The translations under genes and the position numbers were made by a program. A stretch of DNA of 64,000 bases from a virus, in the IMG/VR virus record IMGVR_UViG_3300042448_000816, positions 48,371 through 112,370 of that record; one strand, 5' to 3'. Under the pieces are notes generated by a model. It worked only from the letters and a program-made list of their open reading frames with translations. It was not told the DNA's origin and did not search any database. Position 1 is the first letter of the stretch; the number at the start of each line of letters is the position of its first letter. Below, in pieces: positions 1 through 10,659 of this stretch.

Positions 1-112
1 CTGCTGCCCACTGCTCTACGTTTAGATTGACAATAGGCTTTTCTTCATACCTGGCTTTGTGTAGCTTAGCGTACCTGCTAAGTAAAGCCATTCGGTATTT
101 ACGTTCGGCCAT
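1..112 (-). CDS. Hypothetical protein, partial (runs off left edge); MAERKYRMALLSRYAKLHKARYEEKPIVNLNVEQWAA...
   Basis: ATG at 112 overlaps the stop of the upstream ORF (TAATG); open to the window edge; not in ORF track. Confidence 0.7.
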   Translation of the reverse strand, partial: MAERKYRMALLSRYAKLHKARYEEKPIVNLNVEQWAA

Positions 113-327
113 TACTTGCTGTCAATTTCAGAAGAGGCTTCTTTAACCTTTTCTGCTAGCTTGTTTTCTACAAATTCATAGACACGCTCAAAGGCTTCGC
201 CAGTGTTTTCGTTGTCTCGCTTGCTATCTGACACTTCTAGGTCAATCCTTAGTGATTGAAAATTGCCAAGATTAAGCGTGTATCCTAGTCCAACTTTTAC
301 TCTAGTGCTTTCGTTTTCCATACCCAT
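112..327 (-). CDS. Hypothetical phage protein
   Basis: Clean ORF in the minus-strand operon; start may be 321. Confidence 0.75.
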   Translation of the reverse strand: MGMENESTRVKVGLGYTLNLGNFQSLRIDLEVSDSKRDNENTGEAFERVYEFVENKLAEKVKEASSEIDSK

Positions 328-336
328 ATCTTTCTA

Positions 337-879
337 TTAAATGGACTCAGACCAAATAGGAATAAATCTTCCGTCTTCTGTCTTCGTATAAGTCAGTATA
401 CCATCTCCCATACGCCTTGTCAACTCCTGTCGACTAGGGGTTATGTCATTAGTAATTAACTTATCATTTCTTGGTCTACCCATGTGGTAGGTAGCCAGTA
501 TATCACGAATTTCTTTTACTTGTGATTCTGAGTAATAGGATCTAACCTGCCACCCAGTTTCCCCACCTTTTTGAGATCCAGTGGGGTGAGGGATAATTCC
601 ACGCTTCATTAAGCTGGGCATATATTTTTTGTGACGATTTACAAGTTCTGCTGTTTGGCCAACAGTGTAGGCTCTTTGTCTATTTTTCTTAAAGTCTGAA
701 ATTAGGCAGCTTTCAATTCTGTCTTTTACTATATTAAAAACCGACATAATTCCATTAGATTTATTTAGGTGGTGTACTCTTACTAACTCACCGTTTAAGA
801 ACCAAACCTTTTTATTTCCTGGTATAGATGGAAGAGCATTATACTCTGCCATGTCTACCTGGCCGTGTCTCTTGGTCAT
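337..879 (-). CDS. Putative DNA-binding protein with MerR-like HTH
   Basis: YTVGQTAELVNRH...RGIIPHP...RSYYSESQV resembles a MerR/Xis-type winged HTH. Confidence 0.6.
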   Translation of the reverse strand: MTKRHGQVDMAEYNALPSIPGNKKVWFLNGELVRVHHLNKSNGIMSVFNIVKDRIESCLISDFKKNRQRAYTVGQTAELVNRHKKYMPSLMKRGIIPHPTGSQKGGETGWQVRSYYSESQVKEIRDILATYHMGRPRNDKLITNDITPSRQELTRRMGDGILTYTKTEDGRFIPIWSESI

Positions 880-881
880 TG

Positions 882-1325
882 CTAGTTTGGAATACCCACA
901 GCAATAATGTGAACTTTGACAGCTAGCTGTCCTGCTGTATTGAATCGAACAATACCATTTACCCCTGAGTTAGTCACGCTTGAAATAACTACAGAAACAT
1001 CTTTTCCAGAAGACGTTCCTTCAATAAGAACTGGGGTAGCAGTAACAATAGGAGGATATTTGTACTCACCTTTAAAGGAGTATGAAAAAGCTTGATCTGT
1101 TTCTGCCGTCACTGTTGTTAGTGTTGGATAGATGATCTCTTCTCCAGCAACAACCTTAGTGTCTGTTAATAGTGTACTTTGTTTTCCTTCTGCTGTATCT
1201 ATAGATGCATACTTATATCTTGCAGAAGAAATCTGAGAAGACAAATCATTAATCGCTTCAACTATTTGATATACATAGTTTACGTCTAGAGGCTGTCCTC
1301 TATCTGGTGTTGGTATTCTGGCCAT
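882..1325 (-). CDS. Hypothetical virion-associated protein
   Basis: Beta-rich C-terminus (F..PPIVTAT...VHIIAVG); TGGTATAAT 5 nt before the ATG. Confidence 0.6.
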   Translation of the reverse strand: MARIPTPDRGQPLDVNYVYQIVEAINDLSSQISSARYKYASIDTAEGKQSTLLTDTKVVAGEEIIYPTLTTVTAETDQAFSYSFKGEYKYPPIVTATPVLIEGTSSGKDVSVVISSVTNSGVNGIVRFNTAGQLAVKVHIIAVGIPN

Positions 1326-1363
1326 AATTAATTATACCACTTATTCCGCTAAAAATCTACCAC

Positions 1364-1552
1364 TTAAGCTGGTGGGTTTAGCTCTAGGTCTGGGAACTCT
1401 TGTTCTCTTAAAACTTCACAAAAAACAATTGTATATCCGCAAATACCACAGGGGTGTGAGGTACTTGACCTTTCAAACCAAAAAGATGTTGCCTGTTCAA
1501 ATGTAGGGCATTCTGTGTTTGTGCACTTCATGCTTAATAAATATTTAACCAT
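1364..1552 (-). CDS. Small Cys-rich (zinc-ribbon-like) protein
   Basis: C-x4-C...C-x2-C; directly follows the tail collar gene. Confidence 0.55.
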   Translation of the reverse strand: MVKYLLSMKCTNTECPTFEQATSFWFERSSTSHPCGICGYTIVFCEVLREQEFPDLELNPPA

Positions 1553-1559
1553 TTTTTCC

Positions 1560-2372
1560 TTATATCTTAATTATATAGTTTACCACAACGTATGGCTGTA
1601 ATACGTTTACTGGAACTACTCCGCCAAGTCCATCTCCGCCTACAGAACTTGTTGTAAAAGCGTGATCGTGCGATGCACTTCTTCCATTGGTTGTGCCAGA
1701 GTGGCTGTGGGTGTGGACCCAGGCGTCGTATGACGCAGCTCCAGCAATGTTTGAGCCGCCAGAACGGTATGAGCTTCTAAAACCAGAACCAGCACCAGAC
1801 CCAGAGCCTCCAGCAATAACAGAAGCTGAGCCAGCACCATGAATATTTAATATTGCCTGGTCACTGCTTGTACCAAACGTGTGGGTATGCTCCTGAGTTT
1901 CTGCAGCTGTTGTTCCTGTGTGATTGTGAGATGGTATATTTGTAGCTGTTAGAGATACGGCTTTGGCACCACCAGTTTCTCCAAGAACATCGAATTCAGC
2001 ATCTGTTCCCCTACCCACAGGAATTCTGTTTTGCAAATTTGGCAAATTAAAAGTTGTAGTTCCATTTCCAGCACCGTAGGCTATTCCAATAGTAGTGAAC
2101 AAAGAGCTGTATGTTGTTCGTGACACTGCTGCTCCATCACATAAAAGATATCCTGGGGGTGCTGTTGCACCAGCAAATTGAGAAATAATTCCAGGAGCAC
2201 CACCGCCAGTTGCGAGAGAAATCCCCTGAAGACTTGACCACGGAGTAGTTCCAGTTCCCACTTTCAAAATTTGATTTGTGACATCAAACCCCGCTTCGCC
2301 AGCTGCAAGGACTGTGTTTTTTGTAGCCCAATTTGCAGCAGTATCATTTCTAAACTGTATTAAATAGCTCAT
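1560..2372 (-). CDS. Tail fibre protein with Mtd-like N-terminus and phage tail collar domain
   Basis: IQFRNDTAANW..N.VLAAGE.GF; PGIISQFAGATAPPGYLLCDGAAVSRTTYSSLF...TTFNLPNLQ; QPYVVVNYIIK. Confidence 0.85.
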   Translation of the reverse strand: MSYLIQFRNDTAANWATKNTVLAAGEAGFDVTNQILKVGTGTTPWSSLQGISLATGGGAPGIISQFAGATAPPGYLLCDGAAVSRTTYSSLFTTIGIAYGAGNGTTTFNLPNLQNRIPVGRGTDAEFDVLGETGGAKAVSLTATNIPSHNHTGTTAAETQEHTHTFGTSSDQAILNIHGAGSASVIAGGSGSGAGSGFRSSYRSGGSNIAGAASYDAWVHTHSHSGTTNGRSASHDHAFTTSSVGGDGLGGVVPVNVLQPYVVVNYIIKI

Positions 2373-2842
2373 GCACTACCACCGCTAATGCTTGGCTGTA
2401 AAGATTTTTCAGCTGTAGATATTGTGAGGGTAGGGCTCTCAATCTTTTCTGTTCCAGCTAGCTGTATGGCAATTCTTATATCTGTAGCTCCGTAGCCAAT
2501 TGCAGTTAAGCTAAGTGGCTGTAAGAATCCGTATGTGTGTATTGGGGAGGATCCTTTAAAAAAGTAATCCCCCCACGTACCGCCAATTTTATAGCTAACA
2601 AAAATATCATATAATGCTGCCTTGTTTGCATCTCCCCAGGTTACAATGATGTCTGATGGAGTAACCTCAATATTAGAAGTAACAGTTTTAATAAGACTTG
2701 TTGCATTTAGGGTATAAATGGGAGACCAATGAGACGTTCTGTTCCTGTCGTTTGAAATAATCCTATATCTAATTAAGTATTTTCCATCTGGAGTTAATGG
2801 TGGAAGATCCTTTTTTTCGATAGTTACTTTTTTAGCTGGCAT
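2369..2842 (-). CDS. Tail-tip associated protein (FN3-like)
   Basis: YLIRYRIIS.D.NRTSHWSP; start re-assigned to ATG 2842 (MPAKKV). Confidence 0.6.
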   Translation of the reverse strand: MPAKKVTIEKKDLPPLTPDGKYLIRYRIISNDRNRTSHWSPIYTLNATSLIKTVTSNIEVTPSDIIVTWGDANKAALYDIFVSYKIGGTWGDYFFKGSSPIHTYGFLQPLSLTAIGYGATDIRIAIQLAGTEKIESPTLTISTAEKSLQPSISGGSA

Positions 2843-4001
2843 TGTCAATGTCCAAATCAACGTCTAGTGCAAATCGAAATTCTACTAGATTTGAAGTATT
2901 CGAAACTTTTACTACAGGAAGAGAGTCTTGAGACTTCACTACAGAATAACCTGTCATTCCGTATAAAGGGTTGATAGATGATACGTTTTCTAGTCTAATT
3001 GCGTCAAGAGCTACGTAATAGTCTGAGGTCGGTGTTCCGCCAGCCCCCAAAACAGATGCCCAAATTTTTACAACATTAACTGAGTTCCATGTAAAGATTG
3101 TACTTTTTACTAGCTCGTCTAGCCTTTTGGTAGCAACAACATATCTATTGGTTGAAAAGTCGTGCTGACCTTCACCAGTTCCATTAGTTAGATCAACTTG
3201 AAGCTGGGCATAACTTGTTGCTTCGCCAGCGTCGTTGTCTGCAAATTCAACTAGAACTTTTACACGAGATGGGTGAACTTCGTTTGAGGCATCTTTGCTG
3301 ACAACAGAAAATGCAAGCTTTAGCTCGTCCATTGCTGAGTTTTTGTTAAGATCAATACTTGCTGCAAGCAAATGTATGTGATTAGACCCAGAGCTGGCTA
3401 CCATTTTTGATCCTGAAGGAATTGATAATGTTGACTCATCTCCAGATATAAAAATACTGTTATTAAGATATCTGCAGGACTCGTATCTTTCTAGCCTCTG
3501 AATGTCCAGCAAAGTTTTATTATCTGCATTAGTTTGAAAAACTTTAGAGTCCTGAGTAATTATTTCTGGATCTGTAGTAGCTAATGGTACGTTAATTATA
3601 GGAATTGCTGTAGCATTTGTTGCTGTGTGATGTTCCCAATTTTCTGTTGTTGAAAAAGAATATACCATTTTGCTATCATAGGCTCCCGCTGTTGGGTTTG
3701 ATGCAGCAGAGTAAACACCTATTTCTGTAATCTCATATCTTTCAACTGTTGGCAACTCTGCAGTCAAAACAATCTTAGACGCACCGTCTTCATTTACATA
3801 TCCTTTTGAGCTAATGGGAACACGAAACATTTCAAACTCTAGATTTTTCTTTTCTAGTATAGAAGAAATTTCATTATTGTTGGGTTCGTGATCTGCTGAA
3901 TTTGGTTTAGTTCCACAGCCAATAGCAATGTGTGTTGCGTATGCTGGAGCTTGACCAATAAGGTATTTGGCTAGCAAGTTTTTTCCAACGTTTGTAATCA
4001 T
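2832..4001 (-). CDS. Baseplate/tail fibre-attachment-like structural protein
   Basis: MITNVGKNLLAKYL...IAIGCG...ITEIGVY pattern typical of fibre-attachment proteins; tail-tip position. Confidence 0.6.
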   Translation of the reverse strand: MITNVGKNLLAKYLIGQAPAYATHIAIGCGTKPNSADHEPNNNEISSILEKKNLEFEMFRVPISSKGYVNEDGASKIVLTAELPTVERYEITEIGVYSAASNPTAGAYDSKMVYSFSTTENWEHHTATNATAIPIINVPLATTDPEIITQDSKVFQTNADNKTLLDIQRLERYESCRYLNNSIFISGDESTLSIPSGSKMVASSGSNHIHLLAASIDLNKNSAMDELKLAFSVVSKDASNEVHPSRVKVLVEFADNDAGEATSYAQLQVDLTNGTGEGQHDFSTNRYVVATKRLDELVKSTIFTWNSVNVVKIWASVLGAGGTPTSDYYVALDAIRLENVSSINPLYGMTGYSVVKSQDSLPVVKVSNTSNLVEFRFALDVDLDIDNAS

Positions 4002-4966
4002 GAGCTATAGTCCTCCATATATATTGTAGCATCAAAAACTTTTCCAGAAGAGACCATTTGAACCTCTATTTCGTAATCTGCCTTAATGTTAACCACATCA
4101 ATTATAACATTTTCTGTAGCTGAATCAATGTATGCAACCAGGGGCGGTAGTTCATTTGTCGTTTGCTGTATGTGATTTTCTAGCTTGATTGGAAAATTCT
4201 TAAAGTACGAGTCCGCAGAATCTGGCATCTTTACCATATTTTGTGGATTATAATCAATAGCTAACTGAGAAATGTTTTTTATTGGTCTGTAGACTATGTT
4301 CTGTCCATTGACTGTATCATGTCTAACTAGACTAATTAGCTCTAATCCCCCAATTTTTTCTAAAGTTAATTTAAGTATTAGATCAACTGGCAAGTCGTTT
4401 ATATCAATTAAAACATCTGATGGCGTTGCGTACTTAACTGGCTCCCTTGCAGAAACCACTAGGGGTTTAGGCATTCTAGCAATTGCTTCTTGCCTTGCTT
4501 GCTCTGCAGCTGCTGCCGCAGCTTGCCTATCTCTTTCTTCTTGCTCGGCTCTTTTTCTATTTGCTTCGTCTATAGCTGCCTGAGCTGCTGCATTTGCAGC
4601 TGCCTGAGCTGCTGCCTGGGCTGCTGCATTTGCTGCTGCCTGAGCTGCTGCATCTGCTGCTGCCTGAGCTGCTGCCTGGGCTGCTGCATTTGATGATGTT
4701 GTATTTGCTGCTTCCTGAGCTGCTTTGGCTGCTGTTAGCCTATTTTGAGCAGATGTCACAGCCCCGAGATAAAATTTTCTATCGCTAGAATCTTGAGTCT
4801 TTTTTGCAACGTAAGCCGCTTCTGCACGTTCTATGGATCTTTTGTTTTTTGATGCTATGGCACTGTCAAGTGCAGCTTTAAGAGATGATAAAGGGGCGTC
4901 AAATCTTCTTAATTGAGCTTGAGCATTATCAAGCATTTGCTGTGCTGCGGCAACTTCTGCACTCAT
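3998..4966 (-). CDS. Minor tail protein with Ala/Gln-rich N-terminal coiled coil
   Basis: AAAQAAAN repeats followed by a globular C-terminal region. Confidence 0.6.
   Translation of the reverse strand: MSAEVAAAQQMLDNAQAQLRRFDAPLSSLKAALDSAIASKNKRSIERAEAAYVAKKTQDSSDRKFYLGAVTSAQNRLTAAKAAQEAANTTSSNAAAQAAAQAAADAAAQAAANAAAQAAAQAAANAAAQAAIDEANRKRAEQEERDRQAAAAAAEQARQEAIARMPKPLVVSAREPVKYATPSDVLIDINDLPVDLILKLTLEKIGGLELISLVRHDTVNGQNIVYRPIKNISQLAIDYNPQNMVKMPDSADSYFKNFPIKLENHIQQTTNELPPLVAYIDSATENVIIDVVNIKADYEIEVQMVSSGKVFDATIYMEDYSS
4575..4725. repeat. Imperfect 12-bp tandem repeats (gctgcctgagct / gctgcatttgct) encoding AAAQ/AAAN
   Basis: Visible directly in the sequence. Confidence 0.8.
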
Positions 4967-4968
4967 TT

Positions 4969-7900
4969 TTACACCTCACTCAAATATAAACTCATGCTTG
5001 GTCCAGAGCTATCTTTTTTATAATCTATGCTATAAACAACAAATCTTTTTTCTGGATCAAAAGTTACTTCATCAGAACTATCAGAATAGTCTATGGACAC
5101 GATATCTCCTAGCTGTATTGTTGGGTTAGCAAAAATGCTAACGCCTACGGACCTTCTCGGTTTCATAATTTTTGATATTAACCATTTCATTAAGTTGTTA
5201 GCTGCATCAGCACTTTGTATATATATAGAGTCCAACAAAAACTGATTTCTTCCATATGTTATTCTACTAGATTTAATGTCATTATACAATTCTTTTTGTG
5301 TTCCTGGAGACAGGATGGTTAGGTCTTCTTTTAGTTGTGGATTTGAAAAGTTTGAAGTTTTTTCAAAATAATTATCAACAGTTAAATCATAGCGAGAATC
5401 TTGAGTAAATGTTATTCCTTGAATTCTTAAGTAGTTTCCAACTGTTTCATCTAAGAATAAGAATGTGTCTGTAGCGTTAAAGATTAAGAACTCTGCACCA
5501 TATGCTCCAGCAAAGAATCCAGAAACCGTGTATCCACGAAGCTTGTTAAATGTTGGAGATATTGATGCGTATAAGGCTGGATAAGCCTTGTCATACTTTA
5601 CATTAAAGTATGCCATCTCCCTAAAGATACTGCCGAACTCTTCATAAAACATGTTATATTTTGGTGGCTGAGATGGGTCTATTCCAGAAAGGTATGTAGG
5701 TTGAACAATACCATTGATCGAATATTTCCTAAATGCTTCATTAGATGATATGTCAGATTTGTTTGTAAAAATTTCATTTGCAATTGGGCCCAGAGAAACG
5801 TCAGAGTTTTGACTATAGTTGTTAGTTAAAGCATAAACATTTTCAAACATGCAGTGAGACGCTCCACGAACAAACAGTGCCACATTGTTTACATTATTTA
5901 GGGGGAGTGGGTCTGGATCGTCAACTACCGCTATCTGAGTATCATTTAGGTATAAGAAAAATCTTCTAGAATTTCCTACTGGTTGATACTCTATAGCTAG
6001 ATCATAAACAGTTGTCAGCTCTTCAGCCACTACCCTTGACTGGCCAGCAAAGTTTCCATCATCAACAATAATAGAGGATAGACCGCTCCAAAGCTTAACT
6101 GGTATTCCGTCTTCATCTCTTGTCAAAACCCATTTTGAGTTTTCTGATCCTGGCGTTGTTAGCGTATAATATCCATTTTGAGAAGGATCTTTTTGTCCAA
6201 TTAAAGAAACTCTTTGACCAACTTGAACAATGGATGGTGCTATTCCTCCAGACGGCAGGATAAGTTCTCCATCCTGAGAAGCTGTTATAGTAGTAGGCGT
6301 TGCGGCACCAGGCAAGTTATTGTCTAGGGTCAGGCTTGTTGCTGTTGGCGTTGGGTCTTTTGTCGGATCTCTTAGAGGAGTCTGAATGTCATAGCTTGTG
6401 TTTTTTAATATTTTATAGAAAAATACATTAGCCACTCCGTCTAAGTCAAAGGTAGAAGGAAGCAGCGATATGTTTTCGGTCTGATTGATTCCAGTGGTGT
6501 CTTCAACTGTAAATCCAAATCCAGATATGGTTACTGCTGCTGATGTTGCCCCAGTTACGGTCCAGGTTCCGAGTGCATATGTAGGCAGATTTACAGGACT
6601 AGAGCTAGCTGGCTTTCCAGAATCAAGAATAATTTTAGATCCGACTGGGTAGCTTTTACTTGCTGAGCTAACGTACACAACAGCAGAGTTAGAGCTAGTG
6701 GCGTTAAATCGTGTAACATTTTTTCTAACTCTAGAGCTATTTAGCTTATACTTATCTATATTTTTTTCTGATAAAGCTGCTATCTCAAAGTAGTATCCGT
6801 TGTTATTTTCTGGATTTAAAAGTGTCGCAATTCCACCGCTTCCACCAGAAATAGTTTTATTTTCATCTGGGGTTGTGGTTTCCACATTAAAGTATGTTGT
6901 TGCTCCTGAAGCATTCTGAATTGACTTATCATTGTTTTCAATTTTTCCGATAATTCTCATTCTTGTTCCAAAATGTTTAAAAGAATTATTTAATGGTTTA
7001 TTTACGTAAGAAATAAAATCTATTGGAGAATCTTCTGAAGAAAACGATGGTCCATTAAATACCAGGGCTGATGCCTGAACAGTTTCTGATGTAGAGGAAA
7101 GCTGATTCTTGCTAGATAGCTCTTCGTTGTGAGAAAAAGATAGATAGTTTTTTATTACGCTAGACCTTGAAGACTGAGTAGCTAAAGACTTTCCTACTCC
7201 AGCTGATCCTGTGCTAATGTCCCCAGTAAATGCAAAATTTCCAAACAAGTAGTTTGACTTCATTTTACATCCATAAACATTGTCGTTGCTTGTCCACTCA
7301 GGGCTTAGTCCTGCAACGTGAGGCACGATCTTTGTACCAAATTGTTCTCTGCCGTGTTTAGCTACCTCACCGTTGGACATTCTGGTTATGCCATTAAAAG
7401 TTTCGTAGTTTGGCTCTGCATAAATTCTTACACGTCCAGTTGGATAGATTTTTCCATTAAATGATAGCTTAGAGAAATAGTCTTCGTATTCTTGTGGACT
7501 TGTTATCCAAACGTTTCCTCCAGTAAAAGTAGATCCTGTTACGCTTGATGGCAAAACCGAAACGTTATACTCTACTGCATCATACCTTATAACTTCTCCA
7601 GCAGAATAAAAATATCCATTGTATCTTCCGATAAACAAAACTCCATCTCCAAAGTCAATAATGTTATTGACAATTTCATGATTTACGACCCTAGGTATTT
7701 GATCATTCAAATCTGAGTTCAATGGAATAGCTGCTAATGCGTATTTGTTTCCAGTTGCTGTTTGTCCATTTGTAGGCTTTATATTTTCTGTTCCTGAAAC
7801 TTCCCAAAGCAATGCTGGCTTGTATATCCAGGAAATATTTTTATCTGCAACAAAGGCTTGCTTTAGAGACCCCATAGATTTCTGAATGTACCTTGCTATA

Positions 7901-9891
7901 TAACTTATCTTGCCGTCGTTAAAAACATTATTGTCCTCTGAGGCTATATCTATAATATTTTCTTTATCTGGAATGTTTGTATCTTTGTTAGAGCCGAGCA
8001 ACACTATATCCGTAGCTCTTTCCTGTTCCGTTGGCAAAGAGTAGTTTCGACTCATCATAACAAAATTATTATATTCATCAAAGTACATTGCTGTTTGTGT
8101 AGCTATAGCAAGATTGTTTAACACTTCTGCAATAGTCTCTTCTGGGGAAACAAAGAAATACGGAATTATTGGATCACTTTCTCCATCCACTCTTTTGAAG
8201 GAATAGTTGCTAAAACCTATGCTATCAAAAATTGTTGCAAGTGCATAAGACAACGAAACATTTGGAATTAAAAGTTCTGGGGCCAGCTGCGACTCAAAGT
8301 AAAAGAAGAGGTCTCTTAGTGATAATCTAAGCTCTCTTGTTTTAAGATTAGTCTGAGGGAAAGATTCTGAGTATAAAGTTTTTATTGGTACATAAAAACT
8401 TTTCTTAAATCTGTTATTGTTGTTATCTAAGATTTCAACGTCTGAAATTATCTCATAAAACTTTATTTGAATATTTTTATTTATGTATTTTGATACAATA
8501 CTTCCCTTTCCAGTTTTTGGGTTCCAAACGTTGTTTGGGTTAAAGGACTGGTCATAATCGAATAAGGATAAGTCTCCAGTAGATGCTAGTAATTGACCTA
8601 CTGGTAAACCACTTACCCCTAGGTCCGAAGCATTTTTAGTTACTGAGTATGAGATTGTTTTTTCTGTTAGGTCAACGGCAAGTCTTGGGGAAAGTTCTAT
8701 TAGATCAAAGGTTGACCCAAACTTATTCATTGTATCTACGACAAGCCTAATTCCAGAAATAAAAATAAATTCTTCATATCCTAGTACTCCAGCTTGTGCT
8801 GTGCTATATTTTTTAGGAGTCGTAGTGTCAGTTACGAAGTTTGTTAGCTGGTCTACATTTTCATCTACCACATACCACCCATACTCTGGGGTGAATTCAA
8901 GATACCGATCGTTTTCCCAAATATAGTATTTTCCAATATCATTTGAGCTTCTTTTAACCAGGTAAGCCTGGCCGTTTTCATTATTTGGTGGAAGAATAGT
9001 TGTAGAAGCTACAACTCCATTGCTTATAAAGTTTACCCTGAATCTTTCTGGCACAATAAGCCCGTAGCCAACTTCTAGATATCCATCTGTACCGATTATT
9101 GGCTGGCCATTACTTCGAATAGAATTATTATCAAAAGATATTGCGTCTACCCAAACATTATTTTTTAGATACTGAACCTTCCATTTTACTGGAGTTGTTT
9201 TATTCTGTTCTCCAAATAGTGGGTCTGTAAAGAATCCAGCTGGTCCAGAGAATGGCCCTAGGTCAACACTGCCTACCCCAGTTTGCATTTTTACAACAAC
9301 CCTGTTTACTGGAATTTCTTCCTTGTACACAACATAAGGAGCAACGTCTTCTATGTTATGGTTGTTATTAATAGTATTATTTGCAATTCCATACTCTTTT
9401 CCATCTTCAGTTCTATAAGAGGTCCAGTATTTAAAGTTATCGTTTTTGTCTGGCATGTAGTATCTTGGTCTATTAAACATGTCAACATTGCTATGATGAA
9501 GATATTTTCCAGTAATTCCATACCTAAGTTTATTAATTCCAGATCTAGGTCTAAACTTACCAAAGCAATCTTCCAGGGAAAACAAAAGCTTTTCTTTTTC
9601 TTTTTTGGGTTTAAAGATAACTGGTGTTTGCCCGTCCTCTTTAAATCCTCCATCAACTAGTATGTCTGCATCGGTTGCCCCAGTGTAAAAATTTCCTACG
9701 TCTTTAGGGTCGTAGATGTTTGGAATTGATCCGTATTTTTGAGTAACTCCTAGTAGAGGTCGGTAGCGATAGTTTCCAATATCAGCGATGTTTTCAAAAA
9801 AATTCATGTTCCATTCAGCAATGACTGCAGCACGAGATTTGATTGTTGAAGATGTTTTTAAATGATCGCCTAACTCTTTGCTGTCAAACAT
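4969..9891 (-). CDS. Large tail-tip/baseplate hub-like protein
   Basis: 1640 aa; second gene after TMP; C-terminal ANPTIQLGDIVSI motif typical of central tail hub proteins. Confidence 0.65.
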   Translation of the reverse strand: MFDSKELGDHLKTSSTIKSRAAVIAEWNMNFFENIADIGNYRYRPLLGVTQKYGSIPNIYDPKDVGNFYTGATDADILVDGGFKEDGQTPVIFKPKKEKEKLLFSLEDCFGKFRPRSGINKLRYGITGKYLHHSNVDMFNRPRYYMPDKNDNFKYWTSYRTEDGKEYGIANNTINNNHNIEDVAPYVVYKEEIPVNRVVVKMQTGVGSVDLGPFSGPAGFFTDPLFGEQNKTTPVKWKVQYLKNNVWVDAISFDNNSIRSNGQPIIGTDGYLEVGYGLIVPERFRVNFISNGVVASTTILPPNNENGQAYLVKRSSNDIGKYYIWENDRYLEFTPEYGWYVVDENVDQLTNFVTDTTTPKKYSTAQAGVLGYEEFIFISGIRLVVDTMNKFGSTFDLIELSPRLAVDLTEKTISYSVTKNASDLGVSGLPVGQLLASTGDLSLFDYDQSFNPNNVWNPKTGKGSIVSKYINKNIQIKFYEIISDVEILDNNNNRFKKSFYVPIKTLYSESFPQTNLKTRELRLSLRDLFFYFESQLAPELLIPNVSLSYALATIFDSIGFSNYSFKRVDGESDPIIPYFFVSPEETIAEVLNNLAIATQTAMYFDEYNNFVMMSRNYSLPTEQERATDIVLLGSNKDTNIPDKENIIDIASEDNNVFNDGKISYIARYIQKSMGSLKQAFVADKNISWIYKPALLWEVSGTENIKPTNGQTATGNKYALAAIPLNSDLNDQIPRVVNHEIVNNIIDFGDGVLFIGRYNGYFYSAGEVIRYDAVEYNVSVLPSSVTGSTFTGGNVWITSPQEYEDYFSKLSFNGKIYPTGRVRIYAEPNYETFNGITRMSNGEVAKHGREQFGTKIVPHVAGLSPEWTSNDNVYGCKMKSNYLFGNFAFTGDISTGSAGVGKSLATQSSRSSVIKNYLSFSHNEELSSKNQLSSTSETVQASALVFNGPSFSSEDSPIDFISYVNKPLNNSFKHFGTRMRIIGKIENNDKSIQNASGATTYFNVETTTPDENKTISGGSGGIATLLNPENNNGYYFEIAALSEKNIDKYKLNSSRVRKNVTRFNATSSNSAVVYVSSASKSYPVGSKIILDSGKPASSSPVNLPTYALGTWTVTGATSAAVTISGFGFTVEDTTGINQTENISLLPSTFDLDGVANVFFYKILKNTSYDIQTPLRDPTKDPTPTATSLTLDNNLPGAATPTTITASQDGELILPSGGIAPSIVQVGQRVSLIGQKDPSQNGYYTLTTPGSENSKWVLTRDEDGIPVKLWSGLSSIIVDDGNFAGQSRVVAEELTTVYDLAIEYQPVGNSRRFFLYLNDTQIAVVDDPDPLPLNNVNNVALFVRGASHCMFENVYALTNNYSQNSDVSLGPIANEIFTNKSDISSNEAFRKYSINGIVQPTYLSGIDPSQPPKYNMFYEEFGSIFREMAYFNVKYDKAYPALYASISPTFNKLRGYTVSGFFAGAYGAEFLIFNATDTFLFLDETVGNYLRIQGITFTQDSRYDLTVDNYFEKTSNFSNPQLKEDLTILSPGTQKELYNDIKSSRITYGRNQFLLDSIYIQSADAANNLMKWLISKIMKPRRSVGVSIFANPTIQLGDIVSIDYSDSSDEVTFDPEKRFVVYSIDYKKDSSGPSMSLYLSEV

Positions 9892-10659
9892 TTAAACCTC
9901 TTCTAGACTTACGCTAATATTCCATAAATCATGATTAGAGCTACCACGTTTTTCAACTGAGTATGTAAAGCTAGAAATATACATTTCAATAATTTCATTG
10001 TACTGTTTTAATCTAGAATATTTTTCTGGGTCATTATTAGAAAATTCTGTATACTTATCGTAAGCAAGGTATACATAAAAAGACCCTTTGTAAGAATTGT
10101 ACCAGTCTAGTATTTCTAGACCACCTGCTCCGCCGTCAGACGTAAACTGCTGATCTTTGTAGTATGGAGAGCCGCTGAATTGCTCTACAATCTTTTTTGG
10201 TGTTAGGGAATTGTTGTCGTGATCTATTTCTCTAACCAGAAGCTTGTCTGGTGTTGATGGATTCTTATCGTGGTCTACAGATTCTACTAAGCCTTCCGCT
10301 TTTCCAAACTCATTAAATCCTGGAAAGTTTGAAAAAGATCTAGATGGTAGCATAGTCCAGGATGTGGAAAGCTCTATCTTATCTGCAACATGATAAGACC
10401 TCATTCTTCCATTTATCATTCTTTCTCTTTTTTCAATCCTTAATGAATTAAATTGCAAGGAAGATCTGTTGTCATCTGATAATATTAAAAACTCACCAAT
10501 TAGTTCTTCTTCTGTTGCATCTGTAGGTCTAATTTGACCAACTTCAAATCCTGAAGGAATATACAAGCCTTGCTCAGAAATACCTGGATTATTTGCCCAA
10601 AGCATAGCTTGTGGACGACCGTATTTTTTTCTATTAGTCATGTATGCATTAGTTGCCAT
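9892..10659 (-). CDS. Distal tail protein-like
   Basis: Immediately after TMP; RMINGRMRSYHVADK, C-terminal WNISVSLEEV. Confidence 0.6.
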   Translation of the reverse strand: MATNAYMTNRKKYGRPQAMLWANNPGISEQGLYIPSGFEVGQIRPTDATEEELIGEFLILSDDNRSSLQFNSLRIEKRERMINGRMRSYHVADKIELSTSWTMLPSRSFSNFPGFNEFGKAEGLVESVDHDKNPSTPDKLLVREIDHDNNSLTPKKIVEQFSGSPYYKDQQFTSDGGAGGLEILDWYNSYKGSFYVYLAYDKYTEFSNNDPEKYSRLKQYNEIIEMYISSFTYSVEKRGSSNHDLWNISVSLEEV

